From: Octopus sinensis
Taxonomy: Eukaryota
DNA: 64,000 bases
Assembly: GCF_006345805.1 (NCBI RefSeq)
Contig: NC_042998.1
Span: forward strand, 202,802,001 to 202,866,000
Reading direction: 5' to 3'
The notes beneath the pieces are model-generated. The model saw only the letters and a list, made by a program, of their open reading frames with translations, was not told where the DNA came from and searched no databases. How positions within the stretch are numbered: position 1 is the first letter of the stretch; every line of letters starts with the position of its first letter. Positions 13,226 through 26,074 of the stretch are shown piece after piece. Made by a program: the position numbers and the translations under genes.

Positions 13226-13261
13226 CTTTCTGTGGAAGAGCGTAGGCTCGAAATATTAAAG
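13226..13261 (+). ncRNA. Degenerate minimal type I hammerhead ribozyme motif (A6 mutated; probably inactive)
   Basis: CTTT-CTGTGGA-A-GAGC GTAG GCTC-GAAA-T ATT-AAAG: stem I CTTT/AAAG, stem II GAGC/GCTC, palindromic stem III AATATT. Confidence 0.6.
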
Positions 13262-13387
13262 ACTTTTTCACTTCTCGAGCGTTAAACTAATACATCTGTT
13301 TGTTGTCTACACCACCTGCCTTCGTCTTTCGTTTTTTATTTTTGTGAATTCTCTCCTTATATATTGGTATATATATGTATTGTAAGA

Positions 13388-13434
<47 letters not shown>

Positions 13435-13435
<1 letters not shown>

Positions 13436-13833
13436 CTCTCTTACTCTTTTATTTGCTTCACTCATTTGACTGCGGCCATGCTAGAGCACCGCCTTTAGTC
13501 GAGCAAATCGACCCCAGGACTTATTCTTTGTAAGCCTAGTACTTATTCTATCAGTCTCTTTTGCCGAACCGCTAAGTTGCGGGGACGGTTGTCAAGCGAT
13601 GTTGGTGGTGCGGGAAGCAAACACAGACACACAAACACACACACAGACACATATATATACATATACATATATACGACGGGCTTCTTTCAGTTTCCGTCTA
13701 CCAAATCCACTCACAAGGCTTTGGTCGGCCCGAGACTATAGTAAAAGACACTTGCCCAAGGTGCCAACAGTGGAACTGAACCTGGAAACATGTGGTTGGT
13801 AAGCAACCTACTTACCACACAGCCACTCCTGTG

Positions 13834-13835
<2 letters not shown>
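13435..13835 (-). mobile_element. SINE family A, full length
   Basis: Homologous to 581-992. Confidence 0.9.
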
Positions 13836-13877
<42 letters not shown>

Positions 13878-13928
13878 ATATATATGCGTGTTTGTGTGCA
13901 CGCGCGCACGTGTCTATCTGTATATATA

Positions 13929-14141
13929 CTAGGTGGCCCAAAAGTAAGTCTACAGTTATCACCTACGCACTTTAAATTTGTTTTTAAAACATTTTATTGC
14001 ATTTAAATGTCTATCTTACAATTAATTTAATTAGCATAGAATAATGGCTTCATATGTTTTTATAATTAAGATCTAAACTGTTAATATATAAATGTGAAAG
14101 AGATGGTTGAATGACTGTAAGCCTACTTTTGGGCCACCCTG
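13929..14141. mobile_element. Tc1/mariner-type MITE
   Basis: TA|CTAGGTGGCCCAAAAGTAAGTCTACAGT ... ACTGTAAGCCTACTTTTGGGCCACCCTG: about 28-bp imperfect TIRs. Confidence 0.75.
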
Positions 14142-14185
14142 ATGTATGTATGTATGTACACATACATATGTGTGTGTACATGTAA

Positions 14186-14217
<32 letters not shown>

Positions 14218-14426
14218 AACTTAGATTAACTTAGATATGTTTCGACCAAAGATTGGTCCTGGCCATGTCTAACTTAATAGCACCCCACCTGATAGGATTA
14301 TTTGAATCCTGTTTAAGTCAAGTTTTGTTTATGGTCCATTTAAGTATTGAGTTTTTGTTGGGTGAGTTGTATCCAATTATGGGTGGCTTATCGGGTATTC
14401 TTTTAAAGGAATCTATCCAGACTCCG

Positions 14427-14464
<38 letters not shown>

Positions 14465-14548
14465 ATATATATTATATCGTAAATGTGTGGTGTGTGTGTG
14501 TGTGTGTGTGTGTGTGTGGTGTTGTGTGTGTTGTGTGTGTGTGTGTTT

Positions 14549-14610
14549 GAGGCGCAATGGCCCAGTGGTTAGTGCAGCGAGCTCGTAGTCGTTACCGACG
14601 GAGCGCCACG
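14549..14610 (+). mobile_element. Internally deleted mini-SINE (family C head fused to tail)
   Basis: GAGGCGCAATGGCCCAGTGGTTAG matches the head at 35834 (minus); CTCGTAGTCGTTACCGACGGAGCGCC matches the tail at 36234-36257. Confidence 0.7.
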
Positions 14611-15853
14611 ATATATATATATAATATATATATATATATTATATATATATATATATGATGGATTTAGAGACCGAGTTCAACATATAAAGTCCCATTTGAA
14701 CGATCAACCGGAAGACGTTCTCGTTAAATTATCACGTGAATTGGCTGGCCATTCCTTGCTCTGGAGAAAGGGATGATTGCAATGGACTTCGTTGACCTCC
14801 ACCGCCCATCTCCAGACCAAAGAGATTGTTGTTAATATTCTGCACAAACAGTTTCAAGTAGAATATGGCAAGAAAGAGGGTTCTCTCTTGTTTTACCAAA
14901 CACTTTCACCATGAAAATGTAGGAAAATTAAGATATGTTTGAGCTAACATCTACTCATTTAGAATGCTTCTAGCAAATGTAATATTGCTTTAAAACAATT
15001 AAGTTCCATCTTGAGTATATTCATGTTTCAATATGTACATTGCTATGATATATACTTGTATCATAGCATAGATTATGTGTTGATATGTATATGGTTGAAA
15101 CCGCTCCTTCTATCACACAACCAAAGTAAAACTATAGAAATGTCTATTAGTAATAATTTATAGAACAGCGCAAGCACTCATCCATTTGTCGAAGACGGAG
15201 ATTGAAACAGGAACCGTTAGTTCTTCAATTAATACTATCCTAATCGATGTATTTTTCGTAACAGCATGTTACTTCATAATTCGTAGCGATATATATTTAC
15301 TATCATTGAAGGGAGAAAGTTTCACTAATATATATAACACGAAATACGTAAAATAACGTACAAAAAATATTTCTAAATTAAAATGTAAATCAAAATATAA
15401 TATAGTTTTGTTATATTTTTATTCAGTTTACATTTTAACGTGTTTTTTTATTCCGTCTGAAATCTATTTATTTACATAAATAATAGAACAGATTATTCTA
15501 CGTTTTGTGAACGCTCTTTTTAACACCACTTTTACCATCAGATATGTCAGAGAAAGGTAAATACGCACACTTCATTTGTCACTCAATCTGCTGAATATAG
15601 CAGCCAAAACTATCACAAATCACACCCTTAAATAAAACCAATGCTGATCAGTATGTTTCCTAATATAGAAACGAAGAGATTGTCACGGTAGGAATACTCT
15701 TTGTTGTAGATTTTCAACTACGATCGATCTAGGACGAGACAACACCAGATATCACAGCAAGCCAACAATTGGTCCGCTAGATATTGGAGCTACCTTTACC
15801 TTGAATTACAACCTATCGTCTTTAATTATGACACTATTCGATGAAAAATATGG

Positions 15854-16029
15854 AAATGTGTCCTGGAAATATGTACGTTCGAAACAGAGACCTCACTCTC
15901 CGTTTGGCCCCTTTAAAATCTCCCCACAGATCGGATCACTGATGACCCAAAGGAAAGTGCTGAGCTTATTGCTGCATGCTATACTGACATTTTTATTGTT
16001 GAAAATCCAAATCTACCTTCTTCACCAAC
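15854..16029 (+). repeat. About 176-bp duplicate of a CR1-like ORF2 segment (other copy 16484-16660)
   Basis: Both copies read [15 protein letters not shown]...DD.KESAEL; this copy ends in CACCAAC and runs into a microsatellite. Confidence 0.85.
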
Positions 16030-16210
16030 CAACCAACCAACCAACCCCAACCCAATCCATCCATCCATCCATCCATCCATCCATCCATCCATCATCATCC
16101 ATCAGCATCCATTTCCATCCATCCATCATCCATCCATCCATCCCTCCATCACCCATCCATCATCCATATCCATCCATCCATCCATCCATCCATCCATCCA
16201 TCATCCATCC
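16024..16210. repeat. (CCAA)n grading into (CCAT)n microsatellite
   Basis: Direct reading. Confidence 0.95.
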
Positions 16211-17560
16211 CAACACGTCAATACTGCTTCTCAAAATATCCTCAGTGCAATTTGGGCTGCATGTGAAGCATCAGTACCGTGCAAACGCTCTGAAAATCAA
16301 AGAAGTGCCATTTGGGAGAGTGCAGCAGTTCGACTAGCCAGGAAAGATCGCCGTGATGCTGAACAGAAATATAGACAGCATAGAACAAATGAGAACAGAA
16401 GACGCGATAGTTCATCCAATATCTCAAACAAGTGACAAAAAAGGCTGCGTTTGAACAATGTAAAGCAAAAAAACCCTGACAGCAATGTGCTCTGGAAATA
16501 TGTACGTTCGAAACAGAGACCTCGCTCTCCGTTTGGTCCACTTTAAAAATCTCCCCACAGATCGGATCACTGATGACCTAAAGGAAAGTGCTGAGCTTAT
16601 TGCTGAATGCTATACTGGCATTTTTATTGTTGAAAATCCAAATCTACCTTCTTCACCAACTCTAACATCAAATTCCATAACATCTGTGAAATTCACACCC
16701 ACAAAAGGCTTTGGCGCCACCTCGAGAATAAGCGCAAATATGCTTCTCCTGGTTTTGATGGTGTTACTTATATGCTTCTCAAACGTGGCGGGCTCTTCCT
16801 TTTGCACCAGCGTTCATTCTTATTTCAATTCTGCCTTAACAACTGTTTCACTCCAGAGAACTGGAAAATTGTCAGTGTCATTCTCCTGTTCAAAAAAGGT
16901 GATCGCACATCACCTGCCAACTATCGTCAAGTCAGCCTTACTGGCTGCATCGCCACACTGATGGAGTCCTGTGTCAAAGAAACACTCTGAAATTTTTGGA
17001 ACTCTCACAACCCTATTCGATCCTCGCAATTTGGATTTATCCATAACTCCAACTCATCGAGATTCTTAAGGACATCATCCGAGTTACTTATGACGGCTTC
17101 TGGGTGAATGCTTTCCACCTTGACTTTGCTAAAGCCTTCAATTCTGTTCCATACAAATAACTCATGGCAAAACTCTGTCGACGGGTTTGACAGATGATCT
17201 CTATAACTGGCAGAAATCAGAAACGTGTAACAAAACGAACAACTACCGTTAGGAATCTACCATGCTCTGAACGTCTTGCTTCTCTGGACATGGACACATT
17301 GAACCTCAGACGTCTAGCAACTGACTTGATAGACACAAGATTATCCAACAACCTTGAGCACCTTTTTTGAATTCCATATGTCATACACTTGTGGACATGC
17401 TCTCAAAAAACAACACAGTGCTCATAACTTTCGGAAGCATTTTTTCTTACTCAAAACTGTTGAAGCATGGAATAAACAACTCGCATCAGTCGTTAGCTAT
17501 CAAGACACTACATCCTTCAAAATTTCCATGTTTCCTGAAATCCGCCAACAGTAACGATGA
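16210..17560 (+). mobile_element. CR1/L2-group LINE remnant (ORF2 linker, RT N-part, internal deletion, C-terminus); many frameshifts and stops
   Basis: LWKYVRSK; PENWKIVSVILLFKKGDRTSPANYRQVSLT; SQFGF; HLDFAKAFNSVPY; C-terminal GHALKK...FFLLKTVEAWNK. Confidence 0.85.
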
Positions 17561-17638
17561 TGATATTTTTTCTTAGTTGCAGTAGACATGAGCACTCAAT
17601 ATACAACAATTTCTTTCACATTTCATGTTGTTAGATAT

Positions 17639-17688
<50 letters not shown>

Positions 17689-18242
17689 TTACCATATATA
17701 TATACATATATGCAAGCACGCGCACATACATGCGCACAAACACATACATACATACACAAACGCACACACATACACACACACAGATATATATGGTGGTGTA
17801 TACCTTATTTCTTTTTGATGGCAGCGATCACAACATATGGTTGAAACTAGTAGGATAAAAGACAAATATTCGGTGTACGCAACTGAAACTGCTTTAAATT
17901 ATAAATATATTTTGGGCAGATATACTTCTAGCATAGATATTTTCGTTTAAAGCACTATATCGGAGTGGGATGAACGTTGTCATCAGATGCGCTTCGCCCT
18001 TTTTTGGCTTGTCAATGACGCGTACCCTATAACCTAGAAATGTCAGGCGTTCTTGTAAATTGGTTTTGAGACATGTCTATGAAGACATTTTTCCCACAGA
18101 GAAAAAACGCAGGATCAGGTTTTTATCATCTTAATTTTCTATTAAATATATATATATATTATAATATATATAGATAGATAGATAGATAGATACATACATA
18201 CATACATACATACATACATACATACATACATACATACATACA

Positions 18243-18274
<32 letters not shown>

Positions 18275-19333
18275 GGTTTATATGGATATGTACATGTTGT
18301 ACATATGTATGTGTATACGTGGTGTATTTGTGTGTATGTGCGTGAGTTCGTGTGTGTCTGTGTGTGTGTGTACTAAGCAAATTATTGTACTATATTTTAC
18401 TGAGATTTCACTCTAAAGTGCTTTCGTTCGGTTAAATACCTTTCGTTCATTATATTTTTTTTTATTATTTCATATGTTGTGTATGTTTTCTACGATTTCG
18501 TTTCTTTAATGTCAATTTGCGTTTATTTACATCACTCGTGACCATTGCGAAACACATTAACTGCACTACAACTCCCGAGACGTAATGGGCGAACACTTCC
18601 GAACGAGGTTCCTCATAATCACACTTATATAATTATAGACCGAGTTGAGAATTACGTCATTGGTAATGTTTAGATGAGGTATTTCATCAATATTTAACTA
18701 AATGGCAGGGTAAGTTTTAGCTTTATCATTTATTTATTTTTCCATGAATTGAAACTCAATAATATTCTACTTTAAGATAATAACAGTAATAAATGAAGAA
18801 ATATATGAATGAGGCACTTTTTTTTTTTTGCAAATTAATAAATATAGAAATAAACATTATTTCATTCCATCTTACGTTCATAATTTCGACATTTTCACAA
18901 AGTAATAGAAAACACAGAAGAAAAAGTATGAAAAGTTATTTTTTTTTTGTTGCCATTTTTTGGTTACCGTTATATTTTTGCTTTTGTTTACTATTGGTTG
19001 ATTTGTTTTTTATAGTTTTGCTGGGGTTTTTTTTTTCTTTCTTATTTCGCTTCTTTTACTTTAAAGAAAATTGATCAACATAATATGATCTAAATAGCCT
19101 GTCTGACAGTTGTGGTATACGAGTAAAAGAAACATTTAGGTGACTTATTTGAAATATTCATGGACGTAATTTGTGTATTATAGCCTAAAAATAGATGAAA
19201 GTAAGTAGATATCAAACGGAATGAAAGTATTCAGAAATAACAACAAAGAACAAAAATGGCGAACATAAAATTATTTTCAAACATCTTTATATGAGAGCGT
19301 ATGCGCACGAGTTGTGTATATACTGTATGTATG

Positions 19334-19367
<34 letters not shown>

Positions 19368-20515
19368 TGTATGTATGTATGTATGTATCTATGTATGCAT
19401 TATCTATGTATATGTGTATGAGTATGTATGCGAGTGCGAGTGTGCATGAACGTGTGTGTGTGTATGTATGAATATATACACTTATCTGTTTGTAAGTTTA
19501 TACATACACACACGTGTATATATATATATATATATGTAGATGTATATATATGTATACATACATACATATATATATGAGATATATATATATTATATTAAAT
19601 AGTATACATACATATATATATATATGTATATATACATACATATATATATATATATATATGGATACATACATACATATAATATATGTATATATATATATAT
19701 ATAATCTATATATATGTATTACATACATATATATTATATATATACATACATACATATATATATATTATATATATATGCTAGAATCTACTATTTCGGCGTG
19801 GAGTTTTAATTGCCTGTTTACGTGCGTGTCCGTGTGATTGTGTGCATGTCTGCGTGTGTCAGTGTGCCTATGATATATATGAATATCATATGCAAGGCTG
19901 TATATGTGTGAGTGTAAGAGTAAAACTGAAGACGTTTGTGTGCGAGAAAATTTGACTGTATATAGATATGCATATTTATGTAAATGATTCTATTTATGTT
20001 TGCATCTCTATAATTATGAATGTGTATAGACACACACACACACACACATACACACACACATATATATATACAGTTGGTTCCAACTGACTGTCGACTGTAA
20101 GTCGAGTTGACCGTAAGTCGGCCTATACGTCTACATAGCTTTATTTTATACTTTTACATTCTTAAGGAGCATTCTGAGGTAAAAGTCACACACAACATTC
20201 TGTATTATACTATTATACTAGCGTTAGTCAAAAATTTCGGAGTCTCAAGCAGTTGTGTTTTAAATAATTCGAGGTTGCCTTGATGTCTCTGCGACACGAT
20301 ATTCATCCAACACCTGGAGTAACCACAGTGCCGATCGATAACCAAACCTAAGGGAAGCGTTTGTTAGCTGACATGACCCGCAGATGGGTTAATTTCTAAG
20401 AGATTAAACCCTTTAAATTTAAACTGGACTATTTATTTTTGCTACCGGGAGGTGGCGTGCCAATCGTCTTTACATGACACACACCACACACACACACACA
20501 ACACATAATATAAAC

Positions 20516-20558
<43 letters not shown>

Positions 20559-20568
20559 TATATATATA

Positions 20569-20600
<32 letters not shown>

Positions 20601-21054
20601 TAGCTATATATAATATATATATATATATATATACATATATATATAACATATATAGATAGATGGATAGATAGATAGATAGATAGATAGATAGAAGAAGATA
20701 GAGAGATAGATAGATAGATAGATAGATACATACATATAGCATGGGTATGTATATGTGTGTGAGTATATATATATATATATTAGGTTTTACATATGTATGT
20801 TTTATGGGAAATATACATATAATATATATTATATAATATATATATATAACAGAAATATGTTACAAAAAGAAAATAGAAACTACATGTGGAAATGTAAGGG
20901 GAAAGTAAGAAGAGAAATTAGCGAAAATGCACATTGGAAATTTAAAAAAGTAAAGGCTTATAATGAAAATTAAGAATAGATATATACAATTAGATAAACT
21001 GAGGTAGGAATAAAAGTCATAAAAGTCATTATTGTGAATTGTTAAAGAGTTTTA

Positions 21055-21092
21055 AAAGCATACCGGTTTCGTAAATTGCTAATCATTGCTTT
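21055..21092 (-). ncRNA. Type I hammerhead ribozyme fold, A3-U8 core variant (left arm)
   Basis: Minus strand AAAGCA-ATGATTA-GCAATTTAC-GAAA-C CG GTA-TGCTTT: 6-bp stem I, palindromic stem III ACCGGT, GUA cleavage triplet; one mismatch in stem II. Confidence 0.7.
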
Positions 21093-21267
21093 GAATACAA
21101 CTAATCATTGCTTTCAATGCACACCGATTAATGAACGGTGTCAGGTCTATTAGTCCCTGAGAAAAAAACTACTTCCTCCCTTACACATAATCTTTTTTCT
21201 CAGGGACTAATGGATCTGACACCATTCATTAATCGGTGTGCATTCAAAGCAATGATTAGTTGTATTC

Positions 21268-21305
21268 AAAGCAATGATTAGTAATTTACGAAACCGGTAT
21301 GCCTT
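21268..21305 (+). ncRNA. Type I hammerhead ribozyme fold, A3-U8 core variant (right arm)
   Basis: AAAGCA-ATGATTA-GTA ATT TAC-GAAA-C CG GTA-TGCCTT; all invariant core positions kept except the 3/8 pair. Confidence 0.7.
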
Positions 21306-21462
21306 TAAATCTCTTTAATAATTCACAATAATGACTTTTATTACTTTTATTCCTACCTCAGTTCATTTAATTGTATATATCTATTGTTACTTTACATAAA
21401 GAGCCTTTAATTTATTTTTGATTTCCAATGTGCATTTTCGTTTAATTTCTTCTTACTTTACC

Positions 21463-21504
<42 letters not shown>

Positions 21505-22049
21505 ATATATATATATATATATATAATATATATATATTATATATATATATATATATCTTCGTAAGATATATTACTTCCTTTAATATATACTAGCGGGATC
21601 CGTAAGTATTTAAAGGAATTAGAGGTAAACCTATTAGGTATTTCTAAAAACTTTATTCCAAAGACGGGGAAGTGTAGCCTGTGTTGTTTCTGTATGGAAA
21701 TATACTCGCTCATCCGCTACTCATTGAAAAGTGAAAGAAATTGGAATACCATGATTACTTAATGCACTTTATATATACATTTTATATACTTTATTCACAA
21801 TTTTATAGACTTAATACACAGCACTCATGAAATAAATATGCACTCTTATGTTTCCATATTTCCCATAAAGGAAAAAATATCCAGTACATATGATACAACC
21901 TTTAATTAAATAGCATATATTTGCCACGTAAATAAGAGTGAATATTTCATGGAATTGCACTTATTGGCGTGTGTTAAGTGATAGGTGATATAGAAATAAA
22001 ACTTAGTTCAATTAAAAAAATACACTTTTCACTTTTCACACGTGTATGT

Positions 22050-22092
22050 GAGTATGTATATATATATGTATATACAAACATATATATATATA

Positions 22093-22135
<43 letters not shown>

Positions 22136-22290
22136 ATATATATATGTATATATATATATGTATATATATATGTAAATATATATATATATGTATGTATATA
22201 TATATGCGTGTGTATATATTTGTGTATACGTGTGTGTGTATGTTTGTGGATATATGTCTGTAGACATATGTGCATGTGAGTATGTGTATG

Positions 22291-22322
<32 letters not shown>

Positions 22323-22530
22323 GTGTGTGTGTATGTAAGTGTGTATATTTGTGTGTATGCACATGCACATAGGTTTACATGGAGACATATGTATGTATGT
22401 CAATATGTGTGTGTTGGTGAATGTGCAAATGTATGTGTATGTATGTGAGTACGCATGCAGGTGTGTGTAGGGGTGTATGTCTGTGTGTGGATGTGTGGAT
22501 GTATCTGTAAGTATGTGTGTGGATTTATAT
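22050..22530. repeat. Compound (TA)n/(TG)n microsatellite
   Basis: Direct reading. Confidence 0.9.
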
Positions 22531-22537
22531 GTGCATG

Positions 22538-23414
22538 TGATTAGGTGGGGCTACACCGTGCCAGCTGTGAAGGATGAATTAGGTGACCTCAGGTCGAAGG
22601 ATTAACAAATGTCATCTTTTGACAAGAACTCAACATTTTTTGACCACTCCTAATACAGTAACCCATCTCTTTATTCTTCATTCCTCATAGACTAATTCCT
22701 TCTCCATACCATTTTCAACTACATTTTGTCTCTTCGTCTTACTCTTCACCGTACTCCTTCCTTCCTCTTGCTCTACTCCATGTTCTCTTTTCTTTTCCCG
22801 CCTTTTTCTTTCAGTGAATTTTAGGGCTTATAAATCTAATACTCTCCTACCCTTCCTTAATACCGGTTCCCATATGCTATTCATATCTGCACTCGGTCTG
22901 CTTAGGAAGTTGTCATATCCTAGCATATGTGCTGCTTCTTTTAGTTTTCGTATTTTCCAGTGGTGTTCTCAGTCTATTATTTTAACTTCATCCCACAGGG
23001 AGAGTTGGTCTCCATTTTTCCATACATGATCAGCTATACCCGATTTATCAGTACCTCCTTGTGTCACAGCTTTGCGATGTTCGTCTATCCTTATTTTGAG
23101 GGGACGGCATGTTTCGCCTTTGTATAGCCTACCACAGCTGCATGGGATGGTGTGCACGCAGTTTTTGGTTATATTCTCTTCTATTGGTGGTTTTACTCGA
23201 AGGAGATATTTGCGAAGTGTTCTATTACTCTTGAATACTGTCCTGATGTCATAAGGGTCGCATATCTTTTGTATCTTTTCGGAGAGGCCTTTCACATAGG
23301 GTAGATAGGCTGTGGACAGTTTATTAGTTTCATCCTCTCTTTTCTTCATAACTGGAGTGGATAGTATGTTTTGGGGATAGTTGTTGCTTAATAGATTGTT
23401 ACTTAGCTTGATCC
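22538..23414 (-). mobile_element. 5'-truncated Penelope/Poseidon-type PLE: thumb/linker, GIY-YIG endonuclease and 3' region, abutting a (TA)n array
   Basis: [29 protein letters not shown]; [59 protein letters not shown]. The N-terminal part of the 224-aa ORF is only microsatellite read-through. Confidence 0.9.
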
Positions 23415-23487
23415 TATATATACACATATATACATATATACATATATATATATACATATATATGCATATATATATACATACATATGC

Positions 23488-23522
<35 letters not shown>

Positions 23523-25051
23523 TATACATATATATATACACATATATATACATATATACATACATATATACATATATAAAAATATGTGTGTGTGTGTATG
23601 CATGTATGGATATACACATATATTGTTTCACATTGATTTCCATGGCTCTGAACTACCTCCGAAAGCAGGAATTTCCATTTTGAGCCATTTTTAGAGAGGT
23701 TTTCAGAATATGAATCGTTTTATATAGTTTTAACTTAGCGATAAGAAGTTATTATGGTTCAAAAAGTGAAAAAAGAAGCCGAATTTTCACATTTTATCCA
23801 TCTTTTTCTCCATCTTTGACACATATTCTCTACCCATTACACAAGACAGCGAGCTTTAGAATGAAGAGTCAATTTATGTGTCCTGTTAAGATTTCGAATT
23901 AAAAAATAAGCCACAAATCATAAAATCATAGCAATACATTTATTCATACAGTGATTCATAGGAATAATCAATCAAAGGATCGAATAAATCAGTACATTTC
24001 GAATAAACCCAATAGGCACATCTTTTAGAACAATTTTTTTTTTAAGTTCCAGTCTTGTATTGTAACACGGTATCTGTTACCTCCTCATATCAAGATTTAA
24101 CTACAGTCATTCAGTACTAGAATATGTTTCTTAAACAGCATTTTTCTTTTCTGAACTAAATAGCATGTTTTAGTTTTTTTTTTTTCCTTATTCTCTTTTG
24201 TGTCCTTAACACTTTCGGCTGCTATCTCCCTGTCATTTAGCTAAATTTATATTAACAGCTAATCATCCCTAATTATAATGTCGCTGAGCTTAGATTCTGT
24301 GGAAAATCTTTTACGGCTGAAGATTAGATCCATAACTGTTGAATTTCTTCATCATTTTCATCACTGAGTATTTTTTTCTGAAAATGTACAAGAACTGGAT
24401 GGGGTCCAAAATTTTAGGATTGTTTTATATTTGAGTTCTCACTACGCTGTTATTATCATGACAATCACTTGCTTCGCTTCAACTTTTAGGATTTCTTCAT
24501 CACTATTCATACTAAATTATATTTTGAAAAACATTTTTTTTTCTGTAATAGGTTTACAAAGAGCCAGTTTTTTCTACTTACCAACGGATGTAAAATTGCT
24601 GTGCAATTCGGCAAAAGATATTCGACCAAACATTATCTGAATAAGGCAAGAAATTTATGTGAATTATTACGAGTAAAATATGGGTAATTTTGGACTGCCT
24701 TTTTGTGTTTGATAAAGTATCGGTAATTTGGGGCGATAGCACACGTGCGGGTTAGAATTAGGTAGAAATATTTACCTTGTTCATTGGAACGAAGGTTTGG
24801 GGTACTAAGAGTCAAATTTTAATTTATAAGAATTAAATTCTAATTCGTTATAATGAATTTCGTTATAACAAAAGTGTTTAATGTGTTTTAAAGGGTGATA
24901 AGGAAATGAAAAATTTGTCGGGAACATATTCGTTATATTGGAAGTTTAGAATTATGTGTATGTATGCATATCTGATATATATATCATCTATTTATATATG
25001 TGTATATATATATATATATGAATACATATATGTAATATATGTATACGTATG

Positions 25052-25085
<34 letters not shown>

Positions 25086-26036
25086 TATAAATATGAATAT
25101 ATATATATAATATATATATATTATATTAAATTAGAGATAAAACCTAAAACCCACTATTAGGCGAATCAAACAATAAAAAACTTAAGCCAATTAATTAATT
25201 TATATCATTTTAAATATATATCAAAAGTATTAAAAGTTTAATGAGTAAAAAGTGTTTACTATAAAATTGGATTCAATCCTAAATCTGATTTTCCCTGTAA
25301 GTTTGGATTTATTCCCTAATATGTTATTATATATATATATATATATACGCATACATGTATATTATATACACATACATGTATATTATATTTTATTATATCA
25401 TATGCTTATATGCACGGACACATATGTACATATATGGATACATACATACATACATACACACGTACGTACGTGCGAGGCATGCGTGCATACGTACATGGCA
25501 TGCGTGCATATGTTCATATATATTAGAACTCATTTATCAGGTGATACCTTCGCATTGTTTCAATACATTCTTGTATTTCTTCAAATGGAGGATATGATGG
25601 TATTATTGGTTGGTTGTTTGTTTCCGATGAGAGACAGCTGGATGTATATATATACAGAGGTAGAGATATATGGTGTAATGGAAACAAAACTAGCAATGTT
25701 GTAGGAGACGGAGACGAAATAGTAGGGAGCGGGTGTGGAGTACAGAAGCTATATGAATGTATCCGGTACCGGAGTATATTTGAACAAATATATGATATTT
25801 TAGTGTGATACACATGAAAGTGGAAGTTAAGGAAAAAAAATATAACACGTAAACTCCTCACATACAGATATACATTCGTGTGTGTGAGAGAGAGAGAGAG
25901 TGATTGGATGTTTGCATGAAGGGGATTGTGTGTTTGTGCGTGTGTATATATAAAAATACAGATTTTCATATATGTATATATCCGTTTACATGCATCATAT
26001 TTCCAACGTATGCACATACATATATACATATTCATC

Positions 26037-26074
<38 letters not shown>

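Larger units (their letters stand above)
20898..21464. repeat. Palindromic element, about 270-bp arms (20898-21167 / 21193-21464), between (TA)n arrays
   Basis: Arms are mirrored throughout, e.g. GCATACCGGTTTCGTAAATT vs AATTTACGAAACCGGTATGC. Confidence 0.95.

Noticed and set aside
24190-24885. piggyBac- or pogo-like element (TTAACACTTT ends, TTCGTTATAA repeats)
   Set aside because: The terminal match is too short and AT-rich, and no transposase motifs are convincing.
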